A DNA stretch of 64,000 nucleotides from Callorhinchus milii. Taxonomy: Eukaryota. This document shows positions 37,240 through 50,532 of this stretch, one piece after another. The notes under the pieces were generated by a model. That model did no database searches, was not told where the DNA came from, and worked only from the letters and a program-made list of their open reading frames with translations. Position 1 is the stretch's first letter. Every line of letters begins with the position of its first letter. The position numbers and the translations under genes are program-made. The stretch is taken from positions 116,128,001 through 116,192,000 of the forward strand of contig NW_024704742.1 in NCBI RefSeq assembly GCF_018977255.1, given 5' to 3'.

Positions 37240-40200
37240 TAAATACTCATTTGTTTGTTCTAGTTGTTCAGATAGACATTAACCGTCCCATGTTGCTATT
37301 TGAAAGACGAGTAAGGAGGTCTTACCACAATTCCTCTCTGCCCCAAATCTCTCCCCCCTGCCCCCCCACACACATAGAAAAATGGAATATTCATCCCATT
37401 GCTAATCGTGGTGCAGATTAACTTTTATTTTTCCCAATAACTTACACTGATAAATCACCATTCACATAGTGGAATATCCTGAAGCATTTTAGAAGTCTGA
37501 GTGGGAAAACGAGCTTGGAGGGAGGTTAGGGGAACCTGGTGGAAGACGCAGTCAAGGAGAGGCTCTAAAAGCTGAGGTGGAGGCATTGGAAGAGAGTTCC
37601 AGAGAGTGATGGCATAGTAACTGAAACCTCACCTACCGATGGTGGCCAAAGTGGTTAGTGCCAGAATTGGCAGAGCTGAGAGATTAGGCAGGTTTTGGGA
37701 TCACAAGATATTGCAGAGGTAAAGTCATGAAGTCATTTGAAGGCGAGAACAAGGATCTTAAAATCAATCCACTACACTTCAAAGTAACTCATTGCGAGAG
37801 GCATTCAGAGATATTTTGTCATGATAAGGTGCTATATAAAATGCAAGTACGGAGTAGAATTATTTATTCACGTTTAATGTACTGATTTCAGTTAAAATGC
37901 ATAACCAAGCGATGAGTGGATAATGTAGCCACTCGATTATAATTAATTTTATTCATAGGACAAGGTGGTTTTACTGAGCTAACAACAAGTTTGCAAAATA
38001 TTTACAGTCCACACAGGTTGATCGTTTCAAGTAATGGCAACATATGGAGAGGCTCAGAAACCTCTCATTTGAATGCCATTAAGGACAATTAATAGGCTGG
38101 ATGAAGAATTATAAAGACCTGAAGTTTCCAACAGCAGGTGCCATGTATTAAATATTTTCAAGTGTTTATGCAGGTTTCGTTCGTTTTGCCGGTGCTAAGC
38201 TTCCGAGTTTGTACATCTCCGTCTGGCATTAATCATTAGTTACCATAGAAACCTTGAAACCAACTGAAATATTTTCAGGAAGTGAGATCTCAGCAGTTTC
38301 CTGGCCCAGTCATGTTGCTGTGCCATTATTGTTTGTTGATGTTTTTTGCATGTCTTCCTGTGTTCTCTTGAAGCCATTGTATTATAGATTTTTCTTGGCA
38401 TGTCTGACTCTATCGAGCGGGAAGCACGGATGGAGACAAAGTCTAGCCAGCTTTACCTCTGAATGGCGCTTAAAGTGAAGCTGCAATATTAGTCCTGAAA
38501 GACGTAGGCTACTTCAAAGTATAATTATGCAAAAAGCTGATAAGCGTGTTGTAAGTTAGAACATTTTAGTAATTTTTATGACAAGATTTAAATGCACTGT
38601 GTCTGGAAGTATTTATAGTTGACCGTACTTTGGTTGAAAAGATTACATCAAAAGATTGCTGTCAGCCGTAAAATAGCAGTATTTTTCCATTGCTACATTT
38701 CTCTCCTGCCCAACCCCCCCCATTCCCATCATTATTACTTCATTATTAGTCAACTGACTTTAAAGTACACGTTCATAGATTTATACTGCAGAAAGACTAT
38801 TGCTACACTTAACTTGTGTAGTCTTGGTAACAGAGCGTTTTAGAAACTTGGAATAAAATTTATAATAAATGCAAAAAAAAACTGTTGTGTAATGCCTATT
38901 GTTACATTATTATTGTTGTCGCTTCAAAGAAATGGCTTAATCTCACCATCGCATAATGTGGTATTGCCCTATATAAATTCCCCTCTTCTAAATCCAGTTC
39001 CCAAAATGGGCCTGTACTAAATTACTGCTGTGTTGAATTGGAGGCAGGAATTAATACTGAAATGTTCTTTCCTGAAATGTACATGCTCAGCAACTCTATT
39101 GTTAGTTGAAAGGAAATGAAGTGAATGGGTTCATGCTGCCCTCCTCGGGTAAATTGTCCTGCTTTTTACAGAACAAATTCCTCACTCAGCTGATTCAGTG
39201 AGTCTGCTTCTGATTTTCTTTCAATACAACTGATAGATAAAAGCTTCCATGCATTGCAAGTCCTTCGTATAATTTCTCCAGTAGACTTGCAGTCAAAACC
39301 ACGAAGGGAAATTGCACTGGGCTATTCGTCTCGATTCTTTGCTTTGGAAATGATTCATTGTTACCTGGGCCAGAGAGGAAGAGGAAAGAGATTCCTAACT
39401 CAGACAAAAATAGATGCCTGATACGCGGAAGAAAAATGTGGGTGTCCGCAATGGTATTCAGCACATTATGCTTAACTTCTAAACCAGCTGGCAATCATGG
39501 AGACTGATATTGGAAAAAATATTCAATTTAGTTAAAATGTGGAAAAATAAATTCTTCTCCCTCTTATAGGAGAAATTGATGCAGTATTTTCTGGAGAAAA
39601 ATGCAACTTAACATTAGAATGTGATTTTATAATCAGTATTGAAATTACATGTTCTTTATGAACAGAGCACAGTTGATTTAAGTTGCATGTTTTAGGTTTT
39701 CTCCTGTTAACCTTGCAAACTAATGCCTTATGGATAGAGTAGTCCCAGTAGCTGACACTCCAATACAGTGCTGAATATGTGCTGCATTGTTGGACGTGCT
39801 GTTGTTCAGATGAGACGTTAAAGCGAGGCCACGTCTGCCTATCCAGATGGACAGTAAAGATCATTTTCTATTTGAAAAGAAAACAGAATTTCTCCCAGTG
39901 TCCTGGCCAACAATCTGCCCCCCAAAAATGGTCATTCACTTCATGACTGTTTGTGCTGCATTCGCCCACAAAATGCATAGTCACTGCACTTTACAGTCTA
40001 TCCTGTGAAGAGCTCTGGGATGTCCCCTCGACATGAAACGTGCTATACCAAATGTAAGGATTATAAATGACCGCAACAACCTTATAATCTGGAAGTTGGA
40101 TGTTTTTTGTGCAAGTGAGCTGGCCAGTGTGTGCATGCAGTCCCTGTATTTTTTTATATATACTGTGACTACCACATTAAAGCGGGATCTACTGCATTAG

Positions 40201-40358
40201 CGTTATATATCTGAACACTTGTGCATGGAACCTCCTAGTGCAGCATACAAGTGAGCCAGCTCATTCAGTAGATTTTAGAAGTGAATTCTTAAATCTGTTT
40301 AAAGTGGTTTATGCCGCTATGATTACAGATAAAATCATCTTTGTTTTTTTTCCCACAG

Positions 40359-40506
40359 GGGCAACTGCCTGTGTTAGCAGTCTTTGACCAGGCCTGCCTC
40401 TTGCCTGATGATGCAGAATTTTTCTTTGTGTATGAGGGTTCACACCAATTGCATGTGGCCATGGCACAGCAACTCAATGCTTACACACTGGAGTCAGTTA
40501 TTCCAG
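40359..40506 (+). CDS. ARHGEF28: ARHGEF28-like coding exon 2 (GQLPVLAVFDQACLLPDDAEFFFVYEGSHQLHVAMAQQLNAYTLESVIP), 148 nt
   Basis: Acceptor ttttttttcccacag and donor GTGAGT; phase 0 to 1. Strong similarity to recalled ARHGEF28 GQMMIYAKFDKNVYLPEDAEFYFTYDGSHQRHV. Confidence 0.9.
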
Positions 40507-41539
40507 GTGAGTGCACACAAGCAGAATGGATCATGCATTCACTTTCTGTACTGAAGAAAATGCTTGTAAAAATACCTTCTTTTAACCTAAGGTTTGTTTC
40601 ATTTGAAGTCTAAGCAAGCATCTGAAATGTGAATTTAGGTTTTGTTTCTTCAATTCCTGCTACAGACAGTGAGGAATATCAAGACTTGGCTTGTGATCTC
40701 CATTTTAGGAGAGTGGCTACACATACCAACCATAATGTTCTTTGTGCACAGGATAAACGTATTCAGTGGAGAGAAAAAAAGTTGGTGGTTTCAATCCCAC
40801 GCTAAAACCTCAAGCTGTCAGTTGCGTGTAATGAATTCTGTCTGACCATCATTGTAGCCTGTGAGGAGACCCACACATCATGTTATAATCAATCCATTCA
40901 GGTCACTGTTGGGCTGTGGAGAAAGCCAGAGTTTTGATCAGGCATCTTCCTGGGTGTGAAGGACAGTGAAATGCTACGAAGTGAGGAGGGGATTAAAGAT
41001 GGACCAATGGATCAAACTTGGTCTATTATGATTTCTAACTGTATTAATTGTTCCAAAAATGAGTGAGGATCCTATTACACAGAACTCTGTTTTTCTCCGC
41101 ACAAGACTTTTCTTGCCTTTAATCCACCTTTAGTTTGGAGGTGGGGGGTTTTCAATGTATAGACGCATCCACAGCAGTTATCATGACACAGTGTGTTCAC
41201 CTGTTGGGAAGTTCCCATGTGGATGGGTGACACCATTAACCCATTCAAAGATTTATATTAAATTCAGTGTAAATTGTAGATCATTGTTGGGATTCTGGGA
41301 AGTAATTTGTAATTTTGTTTAATAATCATAAACCAGTTGAATTAAAACATCTTGATTTTTCTACTATTTGAATTCAGAAAATAGTATGAATAAGCTTATA
41401 TTTTGATGAACTGCATTTACATCATTCTAAGATGGCTGCTTTATTTTGCCATCACACTTGGTAGTTTTGGAAATATATCATATGATTTTGATTATTCTTT
41501 TACAGTATTAATATTATATTTTAATTGTGTTGCTTACAG

Positions 41540-41833
41540 GTCACGATGCTTTGGAAAACGTAACATTTTTGGTTTGCGTCTACACAAAGGAGCATTCAAT
41601 ATCTGTCCTTGGCCACAGTGATGTCACCTACATTCAGGATTTAGCATGTGAACTGGCTCAGTTTATGGTTAAACATGTTGACACAACTGCCCTTACCAGT
41701 CACCTTATTATACTTGAGCAATATGGCTTAACTGTAGAGGAAATGCAAGCATTAGATGACCAAATGACAGCAGCCATGGGACACTTAGAGATGCCACCTT
41801 ACTGGAACGTCCTTGGAAAGTGGGCAGGACAAG
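41540..41833 (+). CDS. ARHGEF28: ARHGEF28-like coding exon 3 (GHDALENVTFLVC...LEMPPYWNVLGKWAGQ), 294 nt
   Basis: Acceptor ttgcttacag, donor AAG|GTACAG, phase 1 to 1. Motifs GHD..E.V, LDxxxxxAxxHLxxPxxWNVLG are shared with the AKAP13/ARHGEF28 N-terminus. Confidence 0.9.
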
Positions 41834-42214
41834 GTACAGCATATATGCAGTTATTATAATGATTCTACATACTTACCAAAGGCGTTCTTTTTTTATTTAA
41901 TATAAAAATCCCATCTGGGGTTAATAGAATAGAATCTCAGCAACAGCAGCAACAACTTGCATTTATATAGTGCCATTCACGTGTGGTAGTGTCTGGGAGC
42001 CTCATTGTTATTGGGCAATAATTGCGTATCCATAAAATTCCAACCAGTCTTTACAATGGCTGTGATACCTGGTTTCATGGTATTTGTGTGTACCATAGCT
42101 GGCTCACCTCCTGTAGACCCAAGTTCAGGACATCAGGTTGCCACTGGTGCTGCTTCTTGCGCAATAAATAACATTGATTAGATCTCATTTATAGTATTCA
42201 GTTTTGGGTGCTCA

Positions 42215-42572
42215 GCCTTAGGAGAGATACACTATTGTCAGAGGGCAATAGTTTTTCACTAGATTAATACCTGCGATGAATAGGTTTACCAGTTATGAGA
42301 GACTGGGTAAATTTTGGCTTGTGTTCCCGTAGTTAAGGTTGTCCTTTCCCCCACCCCTGCCCCTCACCCTCCCCGATCCCGACCCCCAGCTCGGGTCCGA
42401 TGTAATTTTGTTATTGTTGTTGAGGGATGGGCTGACTGAGTTGTTTAAAATAGTGAATGGAATAGACGAGCTACAGCTTTTCCCTTTGGTAGAGAGATGT
42501 AGAATAAGGGGACATAATCTTAAAATTGGAACAAAAACAGTTAGAAACCACGATTGAAAAATGTTCTTCACG
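42215..42572 (+). mobile_element. CR1 fragment with an embedded L2 3' piece (about 42335-42421)
   Basis: LRDGLTELFKIVNGID..LFPL...RGHNLK; the insert gatcccgacccccagctcgggtcc...ttgttattgttgtt is L2 3'UTR. Confidence 0.72.
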
Positions 42573-42764
42573 CAACAACAAGTTGCATTTATATAGCTCC
42601 ATCACCCAGAGCAGCATCTCAGAATGCTTGTAGGTTAACATAATGTGAAACACACATTCAGAGCAGTGGAGATGGAGTATTATTTTACACACACATATAT
42701 ATATATTTTTAAAAAATAAAAATGAAAACCTGTCTCAGTTTGCCTGTCTTTCTTTGTTTCCCAG

Positions 42765-42948
42765 AGTCGATCTGTAGGGAAACCCTGCTGCATGTTTCAG
42801 TGCGTTTGGGCCTTTCTAAATTGTCTCAGTTTCTGCTGTGCCAGCCTGGTGGTATCCAAGCTGCTATTGTGTCCAACGAGGAAGGAGAGACACCTGTGGG
42901 CCTCGCTTTGCAGAATGGGATGCAGGAACTTGCTGAAATTCTCAAAGA
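42765..42948 (+). CDS. ARHGEF28: ARHGEF28-like coding exon 4, ankyrin-like segment (ESICRETLLHVSVRLGLSKLSQFLLCQPGG...NEEGETPVGLALQNG...), 184 nt
   Basis: Acceptor ctttgtttcccag, donor GTAAGT, phase 1 to 2. Matches recalled ARHGEF28 RESLLHLAMRWGLAKLSQFFLCLPGGVQALALPNEEGATPLDLAL. Confidence 0.92.
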
Positions 42949-44000
42949 GTAAGTGATTTCCTTCACAAGAGATTATAGTGAATAGTGTTGACCTGATGTG
43001 AAGTATCCCTGATTTCCATTTCTAATTACATTGTAGTAGGATTTATTTAGGACAGAATAATTGAATGAGAACAGGCCTTTGTATACAACTGTTATCATTA
43101 CACACTCTACCTAACGTGTATACAGATTAGCTGAATTTATTTTGATAAACAGCCCCTTCCTCTCCCAGATTATCATGCATTTGTACTTGAATATACATCG
43201 TTCAACTCAGATTTCTGCTTCCTTCAGACAAATGTCTCCCTCTCTCCCACACACACAGGGACCTCTGCACTATCTGAAAAGTGAAAGGAGTTTATTCCAG
43301 TGTCCGGTCTAACAATCCCAAAATAAAAAAATTGGTTACTTACTCCTTGGCTGTTGTGAGACATTGCTGTGTAAAAATTGGCTGCCACGTTCTTCCACAA
43401 AAAACACACAGTGCAAGCACTTTGAGATATTTTGAGGACATGGTAAGGCCCTATATCAAAGGCAAGGATTTTTTATTATGTTAACTGAAAGTGGGGTTTA
43501 TTTCCTGCGTGCTGTGCACTATGCACATGAAGTGCCACTAAAGTGATGTCAGTGGGATCTGACGACCTGGAAGCTAACCATTTTTTGGTTGTAGTGCTGT
43601 CAGTAAGACATTAAACTCAGCTTACAGTGCTGTGGATGAGGGTTCCCTGTATATATGTATTTTTTTGAAGACATTTAAATCGTCCCTACCTCAACTGCTT
43701 TTGTTAGGTGGCTGCCTTATGATACAATTTATACAGTGTTTTTTCGTGACGCACTTTTTTCACATAAAGTTGTTGGGCTGTGGAATGCCATTCTTGGAGT
43801 GACGGTCCATGCTAGCTTTCAAAAAGGCAACTAAGTAGATATGTAAAGAAGAAAATCTGCAGGGGTATGGGCAAAAGACAAGGAAACAGGACTGAATCGA
43901 TTACTCTTTCAAGGATCTGAAGCAGATATGATGAGCCGAATGGCCTTCTTCAGTGCTGTGGTTCTATCTCTGTAGCGACTGTCCTTTGTGAAATACAATA

Positions 44001-44876
44001 TGAATGTATTCAATTGGAGACCAACAAAAAAATTGCACAATATTTTTATTCAGTATTTTGCATCTGAGTGAATTTCAATATTGGAATAGTTCATATGGGA
44101 TACTGGTGAGTGTTATTATCAAATACTTGTGTATTGTGCAAGTAGGAAGCACCACATAATAATTCAGACCCTTGTTCCCTGGACACGAGACTCAATGTAG
44201 CACCAAGTTGCATTCTGAGAACTACACCTCCTGTAATGTACTACACATGATACTTAGCATGTTCTGACAATACCCCTGTCTACCCTGACTATAGCAACAT
44301 GTGACAGCAGTGAAAGGCAACTGAATGGTATGGTTTGCAAATACTTGCAAATACTCTTAAGCATACTGATGAGTTTCCACATGTGGCTGACCCAAAAAAA
44401 TTCATCCATAATGATTGACATCTCAGTATATTCAAAATATGTCCTTCTTAATGGTTTCTGAGCCATATCTTTGAAGTTTCTGATCAGCACATTAACATTG
44501 TTCCTTGTAAGGGTCAACAGGCTAATTTCCAGACGGTAAACTGATTGTTTTGCAAAATTTCACACACAGCAGGTAGCACAGGGCTGCTCAGAGGAAACTG
44601 CAGCATTCCTGCATGTTTAACAATTGTTTGAGTTGTACAAGCAATTCCTCCTTTTCACGGCCCTTACAATCATCATTTAACCTTCCGTTATTTGGACAGT
44701 ATTATGAGAACATTGGACTACTACAATGTTTGTATAGTTATTATTTAAAAACTTAACAATCTGAATGTATTCAACTGGAGACCAACAATAAAAATTGCAC
44801 AACCTTTTCATTAAGTATTATGCCTCTGAGTGAATTTGAGCATTGAAGTTGCTCATATGGGATACTGGTGAGTGTT
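44001..44876 (+). repeat. Diverged direct duplication of about 115 bp (44001-44114 and 44762-44876)
   Basis: tgaatgtattcaa.tggagaccaacaa...catatgggatactggtgagtgtt occurs twice. Confidence 0.9.
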
Positions 44877-45344
44877 GAACACATGGTAGTGTTTGACACT
44901 CACCAGTAATTGCTATCAACATCTCCATTATTGTAGCATGCGACTACCAGAATGGTGGAAGGCGAACTAAATGGATCTTAGTCTTTTTTCATCGAGCAAT
45001 TCCTACGTTCCTATGTTTCTATTTACTTTTAATAATATTATAGCTCGCTTCAGTGCCAGACACCCAGCATGGAGGAAGGAATAAATAAATAATAATCCTT
45101 GCATTTAATATAGCATCTTTACATCTCAACATCTCAAAGTACTTCACAGGATATACTGTAGAGTTGGATAACTATTTTTGTGGGCAAACTCGACAAACAA
45201 TATCTGCCTCTAATGTCCCACAAACAGCCATGGAGTGATTGACCAATTTTATTTGGGGGATTGTTGGCCAAAACACTAGGATAAACTCCCTTTTTAAAAT
45301 ATTGCCATGGGATCTTTAACGTCCCCCTGGACAGACAAACAGGA

Positions 45345-45786
45345 CAACAACAACAACAAGATTCCATTTATTGAGCACCTTTCACGTCGGGAGGACGTCC
45401 CAAGGCGCTGTACAGTTGGGTCAGGACCCGAGCAGGGGGGAAATGGTCAGGGTGAGGGGAGTATAGGGAGGGAGCGAGGAGGGGGTAGAGAGTCGAGAGG
45501 GGAGCTGAAGGCACGGTCAAAGAGAAAGGTCTTGAGACCGGCCTTGAAGGAGGAAAGGGAGGAAGCGGCGAAGGCACTGGGGGATGGAGTTCCAGAGCCT
45601 CGGGGCTGAGAGGCTGAAGGCCCGGCCACCGATGGTAGGGCGGTTGGGGCGGGGGATGTGGAGCAGACTGGAGCCAGAGGAACGAAGGGTACGGGCAGGT
45701 AGGTAGGGGGATAGTAGGTCGGAGAGGTAGGAGGGAGCGAGGCCGTGAATGGCCTTGTAGGTGAGGATGAGGATCTGGAATTCGAC
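45345..45786 (-). mobile_element. Young L2 3' fragment, close to the 59-61 kb element, inserted in an old Deu-SINE
   Basis: Reverse complement aligns almost base-for-base with 61017-61415 ([15 protein letters not shown]...); (CAA)n tail at 45345-45360. Confidence 0.92.
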
Positions 45787-46206
45787 CTCAGTTTAACATG
45801 TCATCCAAAGGATGGAGGTGACAGCTTGGCCATATGGTCCATTGAACCTGTTATGACATTACCATTAAACCCTTGGCAGCTCTCCGTTTCCCTGCCTTTT
45901 ATCTGTATCCCTTACTATCTTATATTCCAGCAACTATCCCTCTTTTCAGTGCCTTTGTTAGCTCTATCTATGGCCTTTTGAGAGAGGCTGTTTCATGTCT
46001 TCACAATGTTTTGTGTAAAGAAATATTTTCTGAATTCCCCTCTTCCAGCTTCTTAGCTCTGTAATTTAAAAGTTGAACTTTATTCTGCACCTAATCCTAT
46101 TTCAGCTTAATACTGATATAAAAACATGGAAATTGCTCCATTCGCCATCTTAATCAACACAAAAACTCATAGATATTAAGAGAAAAAAGTATATTGGTTT
46201 AATATT

Positions 46207-46522
46207 GTGGAGTCCTGTAGCTCAGTGGTTAGAGCACTCGCCTTACAAGTGAGACACCTGGGTTCAATTCCAGGCAGGGCGAAACCTTGGGCAAGTTTCC
46301 TTACTCCACACACCTAATAATAATCCCTCCAAAATAAAAAAAACAATAACAAATTTGGCATTTTCAATCCACGACTGTTTGTGGGACACTGCTGTGCGCA
46401 ATTGGCTGCCGTGTTTCGCCCAAAAATATACAGTCAATTCACTTTACAGTCTATTCTGTGAAGCGCTTTGAGATGTCGAGAAGACGTGAAAAGCGCTATA
46501 TGAAATGCAAGGTTTATTATTT
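46207..46522 (+). mobile_element. Full-length young tRNA-Deu SINE
   Basis: Same consensus; ATATT flanks both ends. Confidence 0.92.
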
Positions 46523-48109
46523 TTATATTGTTGAAAATTTGATTAATTTTGAATTGACTTGGATTTCCAGCTGAAGGAGTTTTTTTGTTTTCTAGCTTTG
46601 TATCTTATTTTTACACGCAAGCAGTTTGAGTGCCTCAATAAATAAAGTAAAGTTTCCGCTGAAATATGTTTTATCTTTGCGGCATTAATTCAGCCTCAAA
46701 TCCTTTGTGCATGGGTCTGTTATCTCTGCTGTTTTGACCATGAACATAGCTGTTTCTCTAATTCTCTCTAGCCTTGATTTAACAGTAGGACCTACACTAA
46801 CTGATGTAGGTTGTTTTGAACAACTGTTCCAAAATGGAAACAGACTATCTTCATCGTTAAATCAAAACGCAAGAAAAAGAAATCTGAAGGCCAATAACTT
46901 AATCTAAAACGTAGGTGCAGCAGCCTCTTTATTTTGATGTTCCAAATTCTTGCTACCATGTTGAAAACAATAACATTGCCTCATAATCAACACAGTCCAA
47001 GAATTTTTAGAATTTCTACATTTAAGAACAAAAGGTTGATGGAGGTTAAACTGAAGAAAATATAACTCATTTTCAATGTACCAACTTGAAAAATTGTGTT
47101 CTATTTAAATCCCATGGAAATTTATAGAAAAACTAAATCTAGCATCTAGAATAGAGAAAATTCTAATTAAGGTGCTCTGAAAATCTCTAAACTATATACT
47201 AAAATTTGGAACTCATCCTTTTTTTTACATAATAATAATCCCTGCATTTGATTATAGCACCTAATCACACCTTTGAAAGTCTGTGCTTTCCAGAACATAC
47301 TGTATATTTTGTGGGTGAAAAACAATGAAGTGAGAACTATGTTGAAGTGCACGTAACACAAGATTCCACTTATGAAACTTTTCAATTAATTTAGACTGTT
47401 CATGTGAAAGAAAGCTCTTTTGGACCTGCATTAAATGCTTGTTAAAGGGAACTGAGAAATATAATGGGGGCACATTATTGCCAATAGAGAATAATGCAGC
47501 TCCTAACATTGTGAAAGGCTGGACTATAGCCTAATATCTTGGTTTGATCTCTAGCCAGATTGCTTCACTTAACAACCCCAAAGCAGGTGGTGCATTTTCT
47601 ATAGCATCAATTTAATTTGATAAAACTTGGAAAGACAGATAAAATACAGCTAAGATTAAAAGAACCTAGTTCTTTGAGGAGGTCCCAAAAAAATCTTCCT
47701 TTGATGAGCTGCTTACACTGCTGGAAGCTATTATTGAGCGTGGAGCTAAATCTATGTTTTGCTCTCCTCATCCCACTGGTCAGTGCCTCAGGTTTGTTCT
47801 GTGTTTGTGTGTAACTGAATGTACTTCCAGATCTTGGTGTTAGGTGTTTTTTTTAATATTTTAAAGAGCTGGTTATTTGAATGGGTCTTCAGTAATATTA
47901 AAAAGCTATTTGGCATTTGGCACCGATTATTAGAGTTCTACATGCAGAGCCATCAAAATACAACATTTTGGATGGTTTCCCCTTCAATAAATTTCCTCTA
48001 GCTGTCTGACTTGTTCAGAGTGAGCTATTAAATAATTATTTCAAAACTGCCAAAAATTAAATGTTTGTATTGAAAAGTATTTTTCATTCAGTTTTTTTTT
48101 CCTTATTAG

Positions 48110-48299
48110 TTCACAGAATTCCCAAGTTACTCCCTCAATCGGAATCTCTACGATTTTTGCTGATAATTACTTTGTACAGAAGTGCCTTCATCTACCAAAT
48201 GCTTTTGTACTGACTGTGGAAACCAGCACAGAGCAGTCACTGGAGACACGCATTCAGCTCCTGAGAAAACACATAGAAGATGACAACTCACAGAAAGGG
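48110..48299 (+). CDS. ARHGEF28: ARHGEF28-like coding exon 5 (DSQNSQVTPSIG...FVLTVETSTEQSLETRIQLLRKHIEDDNSQKG), 190 nt
   Basis: Acceptor tttttttccttattag, donor GTAAGA, phase 2 to 0, open frame. The C-terminal half resembles recalled LTLTLNHTAEHLLEADIKLFRKY. Confidence 0.8.
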
Positions 48300-48987
48300 G
48301 TAAGACAAAATGATCTCGACTCCTTTAATATTAAAAAAACAAACTTGAATCATTACAGACTGTTGACTGATCTGCTCAGAATGTAGTGAAATACTTTCTG
48401 TCCGCGAGCAAATAGATGTTGAAGGGTTTTAAGACCCATCCAAGCTTGGATGCACTTGTCTAGACCTCATAGTTTAATTCCAAACAAGGAAACCTAGTGT
48501 ATCTGACCGTCCCAATTTAAATCACACTGTCTGTACACTGCAGTCATCTCCAGCTCTGCATTAAATCAAAACTGAACTGACTAGACAGAATGAAAAATAG
48601 CAATGATTATTTAGTTCCAGGTTTGTACTATTTTTGCATTTTAAAAGCTGAAAATAAATCTAGTACCTCATCCTGTTATATTGGCTTCATCAATGTTGCT
48701 ATGAAATTAAAACGATTCTGTGGGCTTGATGGACAAATCAACCTTCATTGATGTACCTCCAAAAGCTTAGAATTTCTCGTGGATTCAGCTTTAAGACTGT
48801 TGCTTTAAAATTTAAGATTGCACAAAATGTTAAAAATTCCTAAATTCAGTCTTAATAAGGAGACCAGTTTTGCACAGACCTTCAAACTGCTTCCAAATTA
48901 AGATTTTTCCAAACTAAAATATTTGTTTCTTATATCTAGTGTTCTGGCTTCTATCACCCTTCCCATAAGTTGTAATGCTATTGGCAT

Positions 48988-49340
48988 AACAACAACTTAA
49001 ATTTATATAGCGCCCTTCCAGTGGGATAGCATCTTAGAGGCTTAACAGAGATATGGGGGAGATGACCGTTGGCATGGTCGAAGATGAAAGTTTTAAGGCG
49101 CGCTCTAAATAAATAATCTTTGCATTTGATGAGGGATCAATGCAGAGGGATTGAGGCAGAAAGTTCCATAGTTGGGGCGTTGTGACTAAAGGCACGGCTG
49201 CTGATGGTGGAGCGAAGGAATGAAGGTCATGCAGGTGACCAGAGCTGGCTGAGCAAAGGAGGCGGGTAGAGACGGTGGGGATAGTGCCAGGGCATGAAGT
49301 GATTTTTGCATGTGAACGTCAAAATCTTGAAATCGATCTG
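48988..49340 (-). mobile_element. Degenerate L2 3' fragment
   Basis: Tail aacaacaacttaaatttatatagcgccc followed by agttccatag and aaaatcttgaaatcgat L2 motifs. Confidence 0.65.
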
Positions 49341-50532
49341 TTCTGTGATACAGTGGTCATGGGTTTGAATTCTCCTGTGGCATTTGTGTAGTTTGAATTC
49401 GAACTGTAAGTCATTCAGAACATTTGATAATTTGAGCTTGAACCAGAAGAGCTATAGGAACCCAGATGGTTTATCAGTGTCCTTCAGGGAAAGCAAATTT
49501 GGCCATCCTAGACCCTTACAACATAGTTGACTCTTGACTACCCACTGTATGGCCTAGGAAGCTACTCTGTTGTGAGAATTCATTCCGAAAATGTATACTG
49601 AAAAAAATCGACAGATTAATCAGCAGCAACCCAGGCATCAAACCCAATTTCTTTTCCTTACTTAACAAAACATTAGGGGAGCAACATTGCTTCAAGCAGT
49701 CCGGTGGTTTAACAAGCTTCTCAGCACAGCTAGGGATGGGTAATAAATGCTGGTCTTGCCACTGTTCACACATCCCGACATAGTGACTAAAAACTCAACT
49801 GATAATCCATTCTAGGTGTTGATTGTCTTCTGTGTTTAAAACAAAGTTTCCTAGTGTTAGTCGCAAACATGATTCTGAGCTCTCCTCTGAAATTCCTCTT
49901 CACAGTGATTTCCATCTGTCCAAGAAATCCAGTGTTGTTGTTTACAGTATCTCTCTGGTTGGCAAGGGATTGTTTGATTAGGTTGTTGTGGATTTGCATC
50001 CGTAGTAGCTGACAGCAGTCTCTCACTGTTTGATTCCATCCACTGTCAATAAACACATGAGAAACTGTCGAGTTTGCATTGCACTATTACAATAAGTCAC
50101 CTAATGGCAGAGAGCGTCAGTAATGCTGAGTTTGGAAAAGCTGACTTATCACTGTACAAATTGAAGCAACATAAATGCCTAGTTAATACTGTTCAGTGTT
50201 CTGTGGAAATACTGTTGTTTATTCCATTGACATCAGTGTCAGAGGTGATATAGTATAATAACTCTGAAAGCAGAAGGGTGCTTCTTAACTTACTGTTAGA
50301 CTCTATTCCCCAACAGATATATATACCAAAACGTCCTGACGTTGGATGTGCTGGATTGGATTTCAGCCTCTTAAAACTGTTGATCGTTTCCTTTTTGGGT
50401 TTCTACTTTTATCCCAGGACTAAATAACATTTTCTTAATTAAAAAATTCCTGACAATGATTTTTTTTAATGAAAATTATTGTACCACATGAAAAACAAAT
50501 TGTGAAATTAATATTTCAAAATGATTTTTCAG

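Noticed and set aside
48117..48299. Alternative acceptor (tcacag) for coding exon 5
   Set aside because: It shifts the frame and reaches a TGA within the exon.
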